DNA of 64,000 nt, taken from Octopus vulgaris (lineage: Eukaryota). The DNA lies in assembly GCA_951406725.2 (NCBI GenBank), contig OX597829.1:2232001-2296000 (forward strand). Reading direction: 5' to 3'. Every line of letters begins with the position of its first letter. The first letter of the stretch is position 1. The notes beneath the pieces are model-generated. The model did not search any database. It worked only from the letters and a program-made list of their open reading frames with translations, and was not told where the DNA came from. Of the stretch, positions 13,334 to 28,182 are shown in pieces. A program made the position numbers and the translations under genes.

Positions 13334-13633
13334 TGGAGGCACATGGCCTAGTGGTGAGAGCAGTGGACTCACGGTCAAGGGATCGCGGGTTCGAATCTCA
13401 GACCAGGCGATGTGTGTGTGTTTATGAGCGAAACACCTAAGCTCCATGCGGCTCCGGCAGAAGGTAACGGCAAACTTCTGGTGACTCTTTTGCCACAACT
13501 TTCTCTCACTCTTTCCTCCTGTATCTTTCAGCTCACCTGCAACGGACCGGCATCCCGTCCAGGTGGGGAACCTATACGCCAAGGAAACCGGTCCTTATGA
13601 GCTAGGCATAGCTCGAGAAGGAACAAACAAACA
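13334..13633 (+). mobile_element. tRNA-derived SINE with family C head and a different tail
   Basis: Head matches family C; 3' part differs and ends (aac)n. Confidence 0.75.
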
Positions 13634-13939
13634 ACACTGAATTCAGTAAAAATAGCAATATGAAGAAGTAATATGAAACCACCACCTGTCTGTGACTGTG
13701 GAATTGTATAAACCATCATTCTCCTGCTGGTTAATCCATTTTGGATTTCCCTTTAAGTCTAAATGAATTGCAAAATAACACACACGAAAAATAAAAGAAA
13801 CATACAGGATTATACAAACACACAAAATTCTGATATAGACATGAAATGACAATGTTTAATAATAAATATAGAGAGCAAATGAGAAGAGACAGACATGCGG
13901 AGGTCGATTATGCATAAATGAATAAATCGGAATCGAAAT

Positions 13940-14357
13940 TGAACCAATCCTATGACTGGCACCCGGCAGATGCCAGGACCCCTGGACTGGAGATACGTAA
14001 AAAGCACTATCCGAATCGTGGCCGATGCCAGCGCCGCCTCGACTGGCTTCCGTGTCGGTGGCACGTAAAAACACCATCCGAATCGTGGTCGAAGCCAGTG
14101 CTGCCTCGACTGGCTTCTGTGCAGGTGGCACGTAAAATGCACCAATCCGAACGCCTGGCACCAGTGCAGGTGGCACATAAAAAGCACCCACTACACTCAA
14201 GGAGTGGTTGGCGTTAAGAAAGGCATCCAGCTGTAGAAACATTGCCAGATAAAACTGGAGCCTGGTGCAGCCTTCTGGCTTCCCAGATCCCAGGTCGAAC
14301 CGTCCAACCCATGCTAGCATGGAGAACGGACGTTAAACAATGATGATGATGTTGATG
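13940..14357 (+). mobile_element. RTE LINE 3' UTR (family E) with internal tandem repeats
   Basis: ~67-bp units ending ggcacgtaaaa..cacc; (gat)n tail. Confidence 0.8.
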
Positions 14358-15163
14358 AATTAAATATTCTTCAGTGAATTTGCAAAAAGTTCAAAGGTTA
14401 ACAATATTCACATGGAAGAATTTGATCACTTCTCATGAATCATTCACTATATACACTGACTTTCACAGCCTGAGACCAGGGCTTGGACTATTTCTAGGTC
14501 AACCCAGTGCAAAGTAATTTTGGCTTGTGTTTGGCCAAGAGTTTCCCAGTCATCTCATTCATGACAGGTGAGAATATTTGTAAATATAAAAAAAATTTAA
14601 CAGGAAATGAAAACAAAAGAAAAACAAAAGAAATAGTTGAAATACCAATAAATCAGTCAATAAAAACATACAAACTCATATTGGTTACACATATTACTTA
14701 TGTATATGTAGTGAATATATATATATATGTGATGAATGTGTATGTGAGAGAACGTGTGCATAATGTATGCACACACACACACATACACATGCATGCATAC
14801 CATCTTATCTGATCATTGTTTGATCACATACTTTCATACACACACACACACACACACACACGCAAGAGTGTGGTCTAGTCGGCAAGGTACGAGCCTCGTA
14901 TCTGCAATGTTATCAGATCAGTCACCAGATCACGTTACATGAACCTCTGAGTAAAATACTTTATCTTCCATAAACGGTCAATGCACAGGAAATGAAAAAA
15001 AACAACAACAGATGGTATAGGAGTTCCAACTGCAGTGAAACGGTATCTGGTTCAGGAAGGAGACAATCCCAGTCTCTTAATTGTCACAGAAACCAGGAAA
15101 ATCCATCTCAGTCAGGGAACAGGCTTGAAACAGATTTTTAACTTCATCTGTGTGGGCGCATGC

Positions 15164-15199
<36 letters not shown>

Positions 15200-15240
15200 G
15201 AAACTTGGTTTTGAGAGTTGATAATACGCCTGAGTCTTGA

Positions 15241-15896
15241 ACCCTTTAGCATTTAACCCTTTAACCATATCCGGCCCAAATTTTCTCCTTCTTTTATGTT
15301 CAAACCATCCAGATCAGGCCTCTCACTCATATCCTACAATATCATCCTCAAAATAAACCATCAAATCATCAAATTCTCAGAACTACAAGATAATGCAGGA
15401 TTAATTCAAAACGATGTGAATGAAAAAGCATTATACAGGCGCAGGAGTGGCTGTGTGGTAAGTAGCTTGCTTACCAACCACATGGTTCTGGGTTCAGTCC
15501 CACTGCGTGGCATCTTGGGCAAGTGTCTTCTGCTATAGCCCCGGGCCGACCAATGCCTTGTGAGTGGATTTGGTAGACGGAAACTAAAAGAAGCCTGTCG
15601 TATATATGCATATATATATGTGTATGTGTGTGTATATGTTTGTGTGTCTGTGTTTGTCCCCCCACCATCGCTTGACATCCGATGCTGGTGTATTTACGTC
15701 CCCCGTCACTTAGCAGTTCGGCAAAAAGAGACCGATAGAATAAGTACTGGGCTTACAAATAATAAATCCTGGGGTCAAGTTGCTCGATTAAAGGCGGTGC
15801 TCCAGCATGGCCGCAGTCAAATGACTGAAACAAGTAAAAGAGTAAAAGAGAGTAAAGAGTATATTTGACAGAGTAATCTGAACACTAAAGGGTTAA
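15241..15896. mobile_element. piggyBac-type MITE interrupted by SINE family A (15437-15860)
   Basis: CCCTTTAG...CTAAAGGG-TTAA termini; nested full SINE. Confidence 0.7.
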
Positions 15897-16464
15897 AGCA
15901 AATTGTAGTTTTAAATTTTTTTAATAAATTCATTAAAATACTTTATCCGTTTCAATGATCTTTTAGTTTTTCAATGGTATATAAAAAAAAAGTTTGGGAG
16001 AGATTGATGGTACAAGAGAAATTTTGGAAAATAAAATCTTCATACAAATTCCAGTATTCAATGAATTTCCAAGAAATAGACAATAATAAAAGTTCAAATG
16101 TCTGATGACTTTTATAAGAGTCATACCTCTTTTTCACTTTTCTTTTTTTTCTTAAAACATCATTGTATCTAATTGTTGATATAATTCCTTGAACATTTAA
16201 ATTTTGTGTTTTTAAACATATTTTTCAAAATATTTTCTTGTACCTTCATCTCTCCTAAACTTTTCTTTTTTATTTATGATTGAAAAATAAAAATTGTTGA
16301 AACTGGTATGGTATTGTAATAAATTTGTTGAAAAAAATAAAAAACTACAATTTGTTTTAAGTCTCTGGTGCAATTTAAACCCTCAAGACCAACTCTTCTA
16401 CATTCTTTCCTGCATGGGAATAAACCTCTTTCTCCACCTTCTTTCTCATATATATATATATATA

Positions 16465-16633
16465 TCATCATCATCATCATCATCATCATCATCGTTTAAC
16501 GTCCGTTCTCCATGCTAGCATGGGTTGGACGGTTCGACCGGGGATCTGGGAAGCCAGAAGGCTGCACCAGGCTCCAGTCTTATCTGGCAATGTTTCTACA
16601 GCTGGATGCCCTTCCTAACGCCAACCACTCCGT
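16465..16633 (-). mobile_element. RTE 3' UTR fragment (family E)
   Basis: Near-identical reverse complement of 14200-14350. Confidence 0.85.
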
Positions 16634-16739
16634 GTATATATATATATACACACACATACATACAGGTAAGGTGATGCAAACAGGAAATATAGAACTAAAA
16701 ATATGAGTATACACATATATATTTATTAATATTTAGCAA

Positions 16740-17990
16740 GTCATCCTATAAATAATGTCCAAAATATAAAGTATGTAATTATTATCAAGTTCTACTGTAT
16801 TCTGAAATATGAAATGATATTCATTGAGTGTCATATGAATTTGGAAACTTTTAACTTAATAGAATTTCTTTTACAGAATAATTTCACTGAATTAATTACT
16901 AAAATTAACCCCTCAAATAGGAATGTATCAAAAGCGTATTTAAGGTACATAATGCTTTATGATTTCAAAAAGGGAAACAGTGCACCAGAAACAACCTGAA
17001 ATATCCACTTTGTTTACAGGGAAAAGTGCTCAAATGAAAGAAATTGCAGAAGATGGTTTGCAAAGTTCAAAAATGGAAATTTCAACCTAAAAGATGGGAT
17101 ATAAATAATTCCCTGTTGGAATTTGCTGATGAACTTCTTTTGTCAGAGCTTGAGAAGGATAATGCTGTATCAGTTGAAGAATTGGCAAGCAAGCTCAATT
17201 CAAGCCATTCAACTGTTCATCACCATCTTCAATAGCTTGGAAAAGGGCCCAAACTCAGAAAATGGGTTTCCCATGATTTGACAGAAGCTAACCAAATATC
17301 TTGAATAGACATTTGCTCATCTCTTCATTTTTGTGAAAGCATCTCACCATTTTGGTACAGATTAGTGATTTGTGATGAAAAATGGATTTTTTATGAAGAT
17401 GTTAAGTGATGCAGGGAATGGCTTAGTTGTAGGGAACAAACCAAATCACAATCCCCAAAAGACTTTCATGCAAAAAGAGGTTCTTTCTGTTTAGTGGGAT
17501 TGCATTAGAGTGATCCACTTTGAGCTGCTACCATCTAATGCAACAATTACTGTTCATGCCTACTGCCAATAATTAGGGCATTTGGATGTTGCTTTGAAGG
17601 AAAAAAGGCCTGCTTTGGTGAATCATAAGGGAGCAGTGTTTCATCATGATAATGCATGGCCCCCACACAGCAAAGATTACATCAGAAAAAATTTGAAGAA
17701 CTTGGCTGCCTTATTCCCCAGACCTCACGCTTGATTGCCATTTGTTTTAAGACTTACAAAATCATTTAGATGGATTAGTATGCAAAAGTCCCCGAAAGAG
17801 ATCAAAACTGACCATTCTTCCTTCTCATCAAAACGGAATGAGGTCTACATCAATGGAGTTAAAAAAAACCCTGATGAGTAGATGTAAGTGGAACATTGAC
17901 AATGATGGGAATCATATGTAGGATTAAATATCAATAAAATGTAAAATTAGATCACTTTTTAACTCACCCAAAATTTGGACATTACTCTTA
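16740..17990 (+). pseudogene. Near full-length decayed mariner transposon (DD34D transposase)
   Basis: YLRYIMLYDFKKG, RRWFAKFKNGNFNL, KWVSHDL, ICDEKW, FHHDNA and YSPDL motifs with stops/frameshifts; residual TIR taatgtccaaa. Confidence 0.9.
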
Positions 17991-18681
17991 CATACACACA
18001 CACACACACAATGTATTAATATGTGTGTGTGTGTGTGTGTGTGTATGCTTGTTTCTTCTTGCCTTGACATTGCATGGCAGTTATAAAAGAACATGTATAA
18101 TTCGAGTTAGCATGGGAAAATAGGCATAAAATGGACAAACAAAAGCAGAGGTAGATATACACAGAAACACACACAAACATTATGTATGTATGTATATATA
18201 TATATATATATATATACATACATATCATGACAGCATATCTTAGATTTTAAAATTACAAAGACATAAAAGTAAGTATTGATTGTTTCAGTCTTTTTTGAAA
18301 AATTCCTTCAAACAATTTCTTTCCCCTCGTCTCCCCTTTTTCTTTCTTCAGATTTCTTTACTTCTTATCAATCTTTTATACACTAAGTATTCTATGTCAT
18401 TTTATCTTCAAAAACATTTCTCGCAGATATATTTAGATATATTTAGAGGGTAATAGATTTTTGTACATATCAGTACATATCAGTACATATCATCTCACCA
18501 TTTAAGGACTGTTTCCTGTGCTGGCAATGGTTGGAGAGTTCAAGAGGAACTTGTAAGTCAGAAAAGACTGCACAAAAAGTCTGCTGCCTGCCATGGCATG
18601 ATTTCTATGGCTGAATACCTTTTCTAATGCCTACCACTTTACAGCATGTATTGGGTGCTTGTTACATGGCACAACATAATC

Positions 18682-19178
<497 letters not shown>

Positions 19179-19191
19179 ATGTATGTGTGTA

Positions 19192-19229
<38 letters not shown>

Positions 19230-20604
19230 TGCTTGTATGTATACAAAAGAATGAAATGGTACTGGGCAACATACCAAATGATTAACACAAACCCTTCTCA
19301 AATGTTAGTAACATATATGAATTGTTATTTGCTTTAGTGCATAGTTTCAAATATTGCATTCATGGGTTTGAAGATATAATAAGGAGCATGACTTGTTGTG
19401 CTCTTACCATAGCCTTCTTATGCTCCTTGGCATTTTCTTATAACATGTTATATGATAATGTTTACTGTTGAAAATGAGTTATTTCGTTTAGGCTGATTAA
19501 AGATAATAAAAAAAATAGAGAACATACAGAACTACTATGTAGCACACAAAAATCAATGAGAACATTGTTAAATGATACGGAAAATCACTAGCTGGGATTG
19601 ATTACACGAATGGTTGAGACTATAAAGGTAGAAAATGGGTCACTGTAGATGAAAATCAAGGGAAAACGTGGACAGAATATGATTGCTTTAGATATATATT
19701 TAAGTATTTATCTATTCAATCGATCAAGTGGTGGTATAATCTTCTAGTGTTGCAGTAGGTACTTTTCGAAGTGGTGACACTAAGAGAACATCTCTGACCA
19801 AACATTTAGCCTGCAGATCCATACATTTTATTGAGTTGTGTGGTTCTTCTCAGGTATGCATTATGAATACTACACTTAAATTGAATAGTTTTATTGCATT
19901 CATCTTCTCTGTATTTCTAAAAGAAAATATATGATTGAAATATCATTGTTTAAATTTGCCACTTATGTACATATGTATGTTTGTATTAGTACATGTGTGC
20001 TTACTTTCAATGTTTGTCATTTCTTCTTCTTTGTCATTATTTCTTTGATTTTTATAGAAAACCTCCCAATAGTTGACTCAGCTGTTGCTCACATTGATGT
20101 TTAGTACCTGATCAGTCTTGATCCAATAGACACGTGATCTCAAATATTTGGCAACAGACTTCAAACTTTGCTTTTGAGACCTGGGTATCAAGGTTTTGAA
20201 ACTAATTTGTTTTTCATAACATTTCAGACAGATTCAGCTACTGAAGCAGAAATATCTGCTCAATACCACACATTCATTTATCACTTGCTTAACCTTAACC
20301 AGTTGAGCATGTCCCTTAGTGGCTGACAATATGTGCATCTCTGATCATGAGCAGTAACAGTGAGGGAACATCATAGCCATGTGTTGAGAGGGATTCCTAG
20401 GAGCTTGAATAAATATAACAAAAGCAAGGTCTGAAGGAACTATAGTCATTTTTCATACTTTCTAGAGGAAAGCAAATAAGAAATAGAAGTTGCTACTGAA
20501 GGACAAAACTCATGTTACACAGCATTATCAATGATGTTCTAACTGTAACCATCACATCCTTTATTTAGATCTAGTTTATTTCAGGTACATTATATAATAC
20601 CGTC

Positions 20605-20957
20605 TGAGACCCCCTTCGGTCACGACACTGACCATGGGATTGCACCTAGAAAGTTACCTTCCTATGTACAAGTCCAGGCAAGGTTGTTTATGGAAGACCT
20701 GCAGTCGTCCATACATACCGACCTCCCCTCTCCATGCCACCATTGTTATCCAAAGGAAACCAAGGGAAAGGCAAAGGGACCGATACAGCTTGGCACCTGT
20801 GATGTCGCAACTCATATTTCTGCAGCTGAATGAACTGGAGCAACGTGAAATAAAGTGTCTCGCTCAAGAACACAACACACAGCTCGATCTGGGATTCGAA
20901 CTCATAACCTCACGATCATAAGCTCGACGCTCTAACCACTGAGCCACACGCCTTCAC
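20605..20957 (-). mobile_element. tRNA-derived SINE family D (MetaSINE-like core)
   Basis: Head ggctcagtggttagag...gagttcgaatccc; core cttgagc.agacacttt...ttgctccagt.ca.tcagctg. Confidence 0.8.
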
Positions 20958-22247
20958 TATATATATAATATATATATACATATAATACCAACTCATTAGT
21001 ATTGGTAGCTTTACTGCTCCTTCACCTAAGGCCCAGAATGGAAGGGGAAAAGCTTCTTACTATATTTTACACTCTGATATATGATGGTAAACTTTATGAA
21101 GTGCAATGTATTAGTCTCTTACCTTTGCACCTTCTGTTCATACTCACCCCTTATAATATTGGATAGTTCTAGACCCTATCTCCTATGCAATCCATGCTAC
21201 CACATCTTTTACCTTATCTCTCACTTTTTTCTTAACCCCTGTCACTAATCACTCTCCTTTCCTGTCATACTCTCCATCCTTCCCATCATCCCTTCTTACT
21301 GTTCCCTAATGCCTCTGCCTAAGATTATGAACCATTGTCTCTTCTATTCTTCTTCAGCTACACGAGCCACAGCTTTGCAAGTTATTAAGTAATCATCACC
21401 GATACTAATGCCAAGAAAAAAAAGGTACCAAGTACAGTTTGTAAAATGGTTAGCATTAGGAAGAGTATCCAATCATAGAAACCATTCCAAAGCAGACACT
21501 GGAGTTCAGTGCAGTCTTCCGGTTTGTCAGACGCTTTCGAATCCTCCAATTATCAGCTTGAAAGTCAGACACTGATGACAATGGCAAGAATGATGACGAT
21601 GACGACAATGATGATGAAGTGGAGGCAGAGAAGGAGGAGGAGGAGGCTGTACTCTCAACAGTCTTGTTTCTGTAGTTCTGAAGTTCTTGATGTCGATGTA
21701 GACGTCCAGGCCCAATCTGACAGAGTAAACTTAATAAGCATGTATAGGTGGACAAATAACAAGGTGCAAAAACACACCAATCCATTGTACCAGATATTCC
21801 AAACCTTAACTTAACCTTTGCAGAAAAACAACCTTGCTGCACACTCAGACATGCAGTTGTTAATTGTACAGGGTCAAAGCCTGTCAGTCTAGACAAATAT
21901 CTGTTTTAATTAAAAACACAAATTGGCTTTGACACTTACAACAGGTAGGGCAGGTAACTACATAAAATAATGTGTTGTATGTTTTTAAGTAAATATGATT
22001 ACATAGCTTATAATAAGGGTCATGTTTCTTTTTTCTTCTTTTTTTTTTTGTTTTGATGTATGATGGTAAGATCTTCATTAATGCCACACACCCAGTGATC
22101 AGAAATAAAATCTATTTTGACTTAAACTGATTGAGAAGACATACACGTTGACAAGATGCTACAATGCAACGATTGGTAGCAAGATACTGAGCTATTAAAC
22201 TTGTAGTCTATAAGTAAATTATTTGACAGAATTGTCACTGAATGTTC

Positions 22248-22284
<37 letters not shown>

Positions 22285-22620
22285 GAGTGAGAGAGCAGTG
22301 CAGGCCATCAAAGTGACACTGAGGTAAAATATCCAAAGGCCAGTATACCCATTATGACTACCCGTCTGATAAGGGTACACCAGGCACATGCATCACAACC
22401 ATATGTGCATGACATGGTGATCTTATATCACGATAAACAGCACATGATCTTGGAGGTAGGGCCCAGTTAGAATTTTCTTCTGGTCGAGTAACCCATCCTG
22501 CTCAAAAGGTCCCTGAATAAGGATTGTTTAAGGATGTTGAACGAACCACTCATGTTTCCAGAGGTGAATTATCCAAACCTCCAAGAATTCCTTTCAACAC
22601 ATAGCCATGATGCTCCCCCA
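22285..22620 (-). mobile_element. Unclassified interspersed repeat (family F) inserted in (ATT)n
   Basis: Homologous to 63850-64000 and overlapping 20310-20410. Confidence 0.65.
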
Positions 22621-22673
22621 TTATTATTATTATTACCATTATTATTATTATTATTATTATTACTATTATTATT

Positions 22674-22818
22674 ATTGTTATATTTCGGAATGGTCATATT
22701 GCCAGTTTAGCCAATAAAAACACACGCTAAACTGGCAATATGACCATTCCGAAATATAACAATATCTGTTTCAACACACGACTTCACATAAAAAATCTTG
22801 CACAACAAATATTTAAAC

Positions 22819-22820
<2 letters not shown>
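22674..22820. repeat. Short copy of the 2417-3060 family, 38-bp perfect inverted arms
   Basis: 22674-22711 pairs with 22726-22763; flanked by (ATT)n. Confidence 0.75.
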
Positions 22821-22867
<47 letters not shown>

Positions 22868-23484
22868 AGTAGTGAGCTGGAAGAATCATTAGCATGCCAG
22901 ACAAAATACTCAGTGGCTTTTCAACCGTCTTTACATTCTGAGCTCAAATTCCTCTGAGGTGGACTCTGTCTTTCATCCTGAAATAAGCACCAATCAAACA
23001 CCTGTGTGGCACTTTTGGGCAAGTGTTTTCTACAGTAGCCTCAGGCCAACAAAATCCTTATGAATAAATGAGAGATGACTGTCGTGTGTGTGTGTGAGTG
23101 TGTAATGTATGTATATAATATACGTGTGTGTGTCTGTGTGTTATATCTTTGTGTATGTGTCTGTTTCCTTGACAACCAGTGTTGGTATATTTACGTCCAC
23201 GTAACTCAGTGGGTCAGTAAAAGAAAGCAGCCAGGTTTATAAAAAATAAGTACTGGGGGGTTGATTTGAGTTGTAGAGTGAACTATCTCCTGTGCACGTG
23301 ACTGTCAGTGGACTGGACAGTTGAGGTCAAGCTGTGAGAGCATTAGACTCATTATTGATTCGGTGTTTGTTTGTTATTGTGCAAACGGTTATAATAAGAT
23401 AGCCAACTCTTGTTACACTGCTTATTGTTATATGGTTATTTTTTGATACTCTAGTATATTGTTACACACCACACACGAACATAT

Positions 23485-23940
23485 CATCATCATCATCATC
23501 ATTATTTAATATCTATTTCTCATGCTGGCATGGGCTGGACAGTTTGACAGGAACTGGCAAGACCAGGAGCCACACAAGGTTCTATAGTCAGTTTTGACTT
23601 GAATTCTACAGTTGGATGCCCTTCCTAAAGCCAACCACTTTAAAGGGAGTACCAGGTGCTTTTCACATGGTACCATTGCCAGTGCAGTTTACATGACACC
23701 ATTACCAATGCTTTTACCACGGCACCAGCACCCTAACCCTAACCCACTTGTTCAACCAACTTGTTCAATCCTGTCGCGGTGGGTGGGTCTTCAAGGGGTC
23801 CAGTGATGTGTGGCACATTACAGTCCTTTGTCATCTCCTTTGTAGAGTACAGCATTTTGAGATCAGCCTTCAATACTTCATCCCACATCTTCCTGGGTCT
23901 TCCTCTACCACAACTCCCCTTCACCTTAAGTGGTCTGCAT
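23485..23940 (-). mobile_element. Diverged RTE LINE 3' end
   Basis: GRGRPRKMWDEVLKADL plus family E UTR and (gat)n tail. Confidence 0.8.
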
Positions 23941-24051
23941 TTCTATATATATTTCTTTTATCTTTAACTTGTTTCAATCATTAGTCTGTGATCATGCTAA
24001 GGCACACCACCCTGAAAAACTTTTAGTTGAATGGGTCAACCCCAGGATATA

Positions 24052-24621
24052 TATTGGGTTGTCCAGAAAGTTTGTGCCGATTTATAGTAGCTTACCTTTC
24101 GATTTATTTTAGAACATGGTTGAGTCCATAAAATAGGATTTGACTACATCTCCATTTAGAGCACAGTTTAAGCTATCTTTTCGTGGAAGAAGGTTTATGT
24201 TCCTATAACCCGTGTTAATTTTGTAACCCTTTAAAATGGAAGATAAGAAAGCTCATTTTTGGCACCTGATGCTTTGGGAACCAGACAAAAATTGCTGCAG
24301 TTCAGCTGGGATGTGTTACCCCACCCTCCATATTCACCAGATATTGCTCCTTCGGATTTCCACTTCTTCAGGTCTCTGCAGAATAGTCTTAATGGTAAAA
24401 ATTTCAATTCCTTGGATGACATAAAAAGATACCTTGATGAATTCTTTGCCATGAAACCACCTCAGTTCTGGGAAGAGGGTAATTTCAAGTTAAAGGAAAA
24501 ATGGAGACGCATTGTGCAACAAAATGTTTCGTATTTGTTTGATTAAAAATGTAATGGCAAGTATTTATTGACCTTTTCCTTTCCTTTAAAAATCGTCATG
24601 AACTTTCCCAACAGCCCAATA
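24052..24621 (+). mobile_element. Internally deleted mariner element
   Basis: TA TSD, ~30-bp TIRs (ttgggttgtcc.gaaagtt...), MEDKKAHF start fused to the HPPYSPDIAPSDFHFF C-terminus. Confidence 0.92.
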
Positions 24622-25294
24622 TTTTCTATTAAAACCTGATACTTTATTAGTCTCTTTTCCATACATATTTATGACCAAATTTGTGATTCTTTGTAAATAT
24701 TTTAATGTTGACAAAAACTAAAATTTTGTATATTAACAAACCTAAATATTCTGGGTATTTTTTTTTTATCTTTCTGTGCAATATATAAATTCATTAAATT
24801 CTTTATACAAAAGTCTAAACAAATATTTTTATTACTAAATAAAAAAAAAATATGAGTAGAGATGTAGAAATTTTAAGAAAGAAAAAAAGGAAAATAGAGG
24901 CTAAAATAATGAAGTAATGATAGAAAGAAAGAGTTAGTATGTGAATGAGGAAAAACGAAATTTATCACCAAGTAGAGAGATAAAAACAGGCAAAATAAGT
25001 GATGTGTGTGTGTGTGTTGTGTGATGACATCATCACTACATGAGAACAAAACCACCTGTTATAATTATTATATTAAACACACGTATACTTGTTAAGTATT
25101 ACAAATGCATTCTCTTTCTCACACACATACACTCATATCCTGTAAAGATCCAGATAAGATATACTAAAAGCAAAAAAAATGAAGAGTGCAACAGTTTAAT
25201 GAGGTCAGTCCGATGAACTGTTACAGGGGAATTTGTGTAGGATACAGCAGCTAACTTAGCTAACTTCAGACAAGTCAAATTGGGCCAGTCCATA

Positions 25295-25331
<37 letters not shown>

Positions 25332-25334
<3 letters not shown>

Positions 25335-25702
25335 CGCAGGAGTGGCTGTGTGGTAAGTAGCTTGTTTACCAACCACATGGTTCCGGGTTCAGTTCCACTG
25401 CGTGGCATCTTGGGCAAGTGTCTTCTGCTATAGTCCCGGGCCAACCAATGCCTTGTGAGTGGATTTGGTAGACGGAAACTGAAAGAAGCCTGTCGTATAT
25501 ATGTGTGTGTGTGTGTGTTTGTGTGTCTGTGTTTGTCCCCCTAGCATTGCTTGACAACCGATGCTGGTGTGTTTACGTCCCCGTCACTTAGCGGGATAGA
25601 ATAAGTACTGGGCTTACAAAGAATAAGTACCGGGGTCGATTTGCTCGACTAAAGGCGGTGCTCCAGCATGGCTGCAGTCAAATGACTGAAACAAGTAAAA
25701 GA
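25332..25702 (+). mobile_element. SINE family A
   Basis: Family homology. Confidence 0.9.
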
Positions 25703-26098
25703 TATATATATATAATAATTATTTGAGGGAATATTATTCCTAACTTACAGGGAAAAATTCAATTTAGAAATACTAAATCAAATTTTCTAATTTATATATA
25801 TACACACACACAAATTTATATGTATAGATATATATATAAACAAATATATATAAAATGCATGCATAACTATATATAAAATATATGTATATGCTTGAGCATC
25901 CAATAACACAGTACTTGTTCCACGTCTTCGTGTTGTTGATTTTTCTTGCTTGTTTTTGTTTGGATTGACTATATATGTATGTATACATACATACATACAC
26001 ACACACACTTACAAACATATGCACATCTATATACATAGACATATATATTATATCTATATATGCATATGTGCATGAATATATTACACACACATATACAC

Positions 26099-26159
<61 letters not shown>

Positions 26160-26263
26160 AGTAGATGAATGAATTATCCTAGTATGGATAATTCGGTTAA
26201 TCAATACCTGGGTAGCAAAGGAATTTTGTTAAAATATTCGTTCGACTCCATTCTTTTCATTTA

Positions 26264-26349
<86 letters not shown>

Positions 26350-26937
26350 AAGAAGCACAGACATGGTTTCACAACAATATGGTTCTAGATTCAGTCCTAT
26401 TGTGTGGTACCTCAGCAAGTGTCTTTTACTCAGACTGACCAAAACTTTGTGAAGTCTCTTGATGATTCCATGAAATAATGTTTCAATTCCTTTCCCTCAT
26501 TGAGAGACATGTGTTTCTCTCTATTTCCTTTTCTTTCTCATTAAGCGTGTGTGTGTGTGTGTGTAAATGTGATCCAGTGGTTAGGGTGTTGCACTCACGA
26601 TTGTGAGACCATGGTTTCAATTTGCAGACCAGGCAGCAAGTTGTTTTGTAGAGCAACACACTGCATTTCACATTGCTCAGTGGGTGGGAGAGTAGCAGAA
26701 CTGTTAGTGTTGTCAGCAGAAATACTTTATGGTATACCTTCTAGCTCTCTACACTCTCAGTTCAAATCTAGGGAGAAAGAAAATGGCTATAAGAGGAATC
26801 AGATGTGAAGAGAGGAAGAGAGGAAAAAACAATGGTATGTACATCATAATCCTGATGCAAAACAACCTCTGAAGTTCTTGTGCCATAAAATAATACACCT
26901 GGTAGACTTTAGTTGCTGTTAGGAAGGACATCCAATA

Positions 26938-27297
26938 TCATCATCATCATCGTCGTCGTCGTCGTCGCTTAATGTCCGCTTTCCATGCTAGTATGGGTTG
27001 GACGATTTTGACTGAGGGCTGGCGAACCAGATGGTTGCACCAGTCTCCAATCTTGATTTGGCAGAGTTTCTACAGCTGGATGCCCTTCCTAATGCCAACC
27101 ACTCCGAGAGTGTAGCGGGTGCTTTTTACGTGCCTTTGGCATGGGGGCCACTCAGGCGGTACTGGCAACGACCTCGCTCGAATCTTTTTACACATGCCAC
27201 CAGCACAGGTGCCAGTAAGGTGACTTTGGTAATGATCACGCTCAAATGGTGCCCTTTTATGTGCCACCGGCATGGAAGCCAGTTGGCTGCTCTGGCT
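26938..27297 (-). mobile_element. RTE 3' UTR (family E)
   Basis: Homologous to 28183-28520. Confidence 0.85.
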
Positions 27298-28182
27298 GAA
27301 ATATCGGAGTAGACATCCTATACACAGACATCTTAAAAAGAAATAGACAGGAGTGGACAAAAGTATATACATGGTTGCTTTATGTGAGTGGAATGTTCTT
27401 TTTATTTCTGTTTCATTTCTATACTTAAGCGATTTATAAGTCAATAAGGGAATTATGGAGAAGTCTGGTAGTTCATAGGAAGTCCCCTTTTTTGATTTGT
27501 AGAGACTTAGTTTCACTTATATTAAGCAGCTGTATACCTAGTTTTGTCCACCACTGTGTGTGTGTGTGTGTACACACATATACACACATATATACAAATA
27601 CATATATGTGAATGCACATATAGATATATACATATTTAGAGAGAGAGAACCCCATATATACACACAGCCCCACAAACACACATGCATAAACATACACACA
27701 CACACACACACACACAAACATGCACACAGATACATACAAAATGAACATATACATTACCATGTGTACACTTATGCATACACACACACACACACCTAAATTT
27801 GCATATAAATCTTTAAAATACTGAATTACTGTTATTAACATCGATAAAAGACTTAGATGTTATTAACGTAAAAAGGAGAAGCAGAAATAAACCACCACCA
27901 CCATAGCAGCTGCTGCAACTGGCTCCACCTCCAACCCCCACACCTAACTGCACCCCAGCCACCCACAGCCTCCAAAAAGGGGATGATGGTTGTTGAGAAG
28001 TGCAACAGATTTTATTTCTAAATTACTGGTTAAGTTCTGAATTGATGTCTAGAATGATGGAATTGTTAAAGATCTATATGTCTGTCCTAGAGACCATTCC
28101 ATGTTCTATAGTGTAATTTGTATACCCCGTAGAATATTCCATATGTTCTACAGATCAATCTGCATACTCTATTAAGCATTAC

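Noticed and set aside
13985-14190. CRISPR-like repeat-spacer appearance
   Set aside because: Eukaryotic LINE UTR; the spacers are mutually homologous and there are no cas genes.
19408-19464. 57-nt minus-strand segment with good ag/gt signals (KHYHITCYKKMPRSIRRL)
   Set aside because: No GALNT similarity, phase incompatible with the phase 1 exon, and plausible by chance without RNA evidence.
20880-20957. tRNA gene-like sequences here and at other SINE heads
   Set aside because: They continue into SINE bodies and lack a complete cloverleaf.
21456-21896. 146-aa minus-strand ORF
   Set aside because: Partly trinucleotide repeat and a decayed family E repeat; no recognisable domain.
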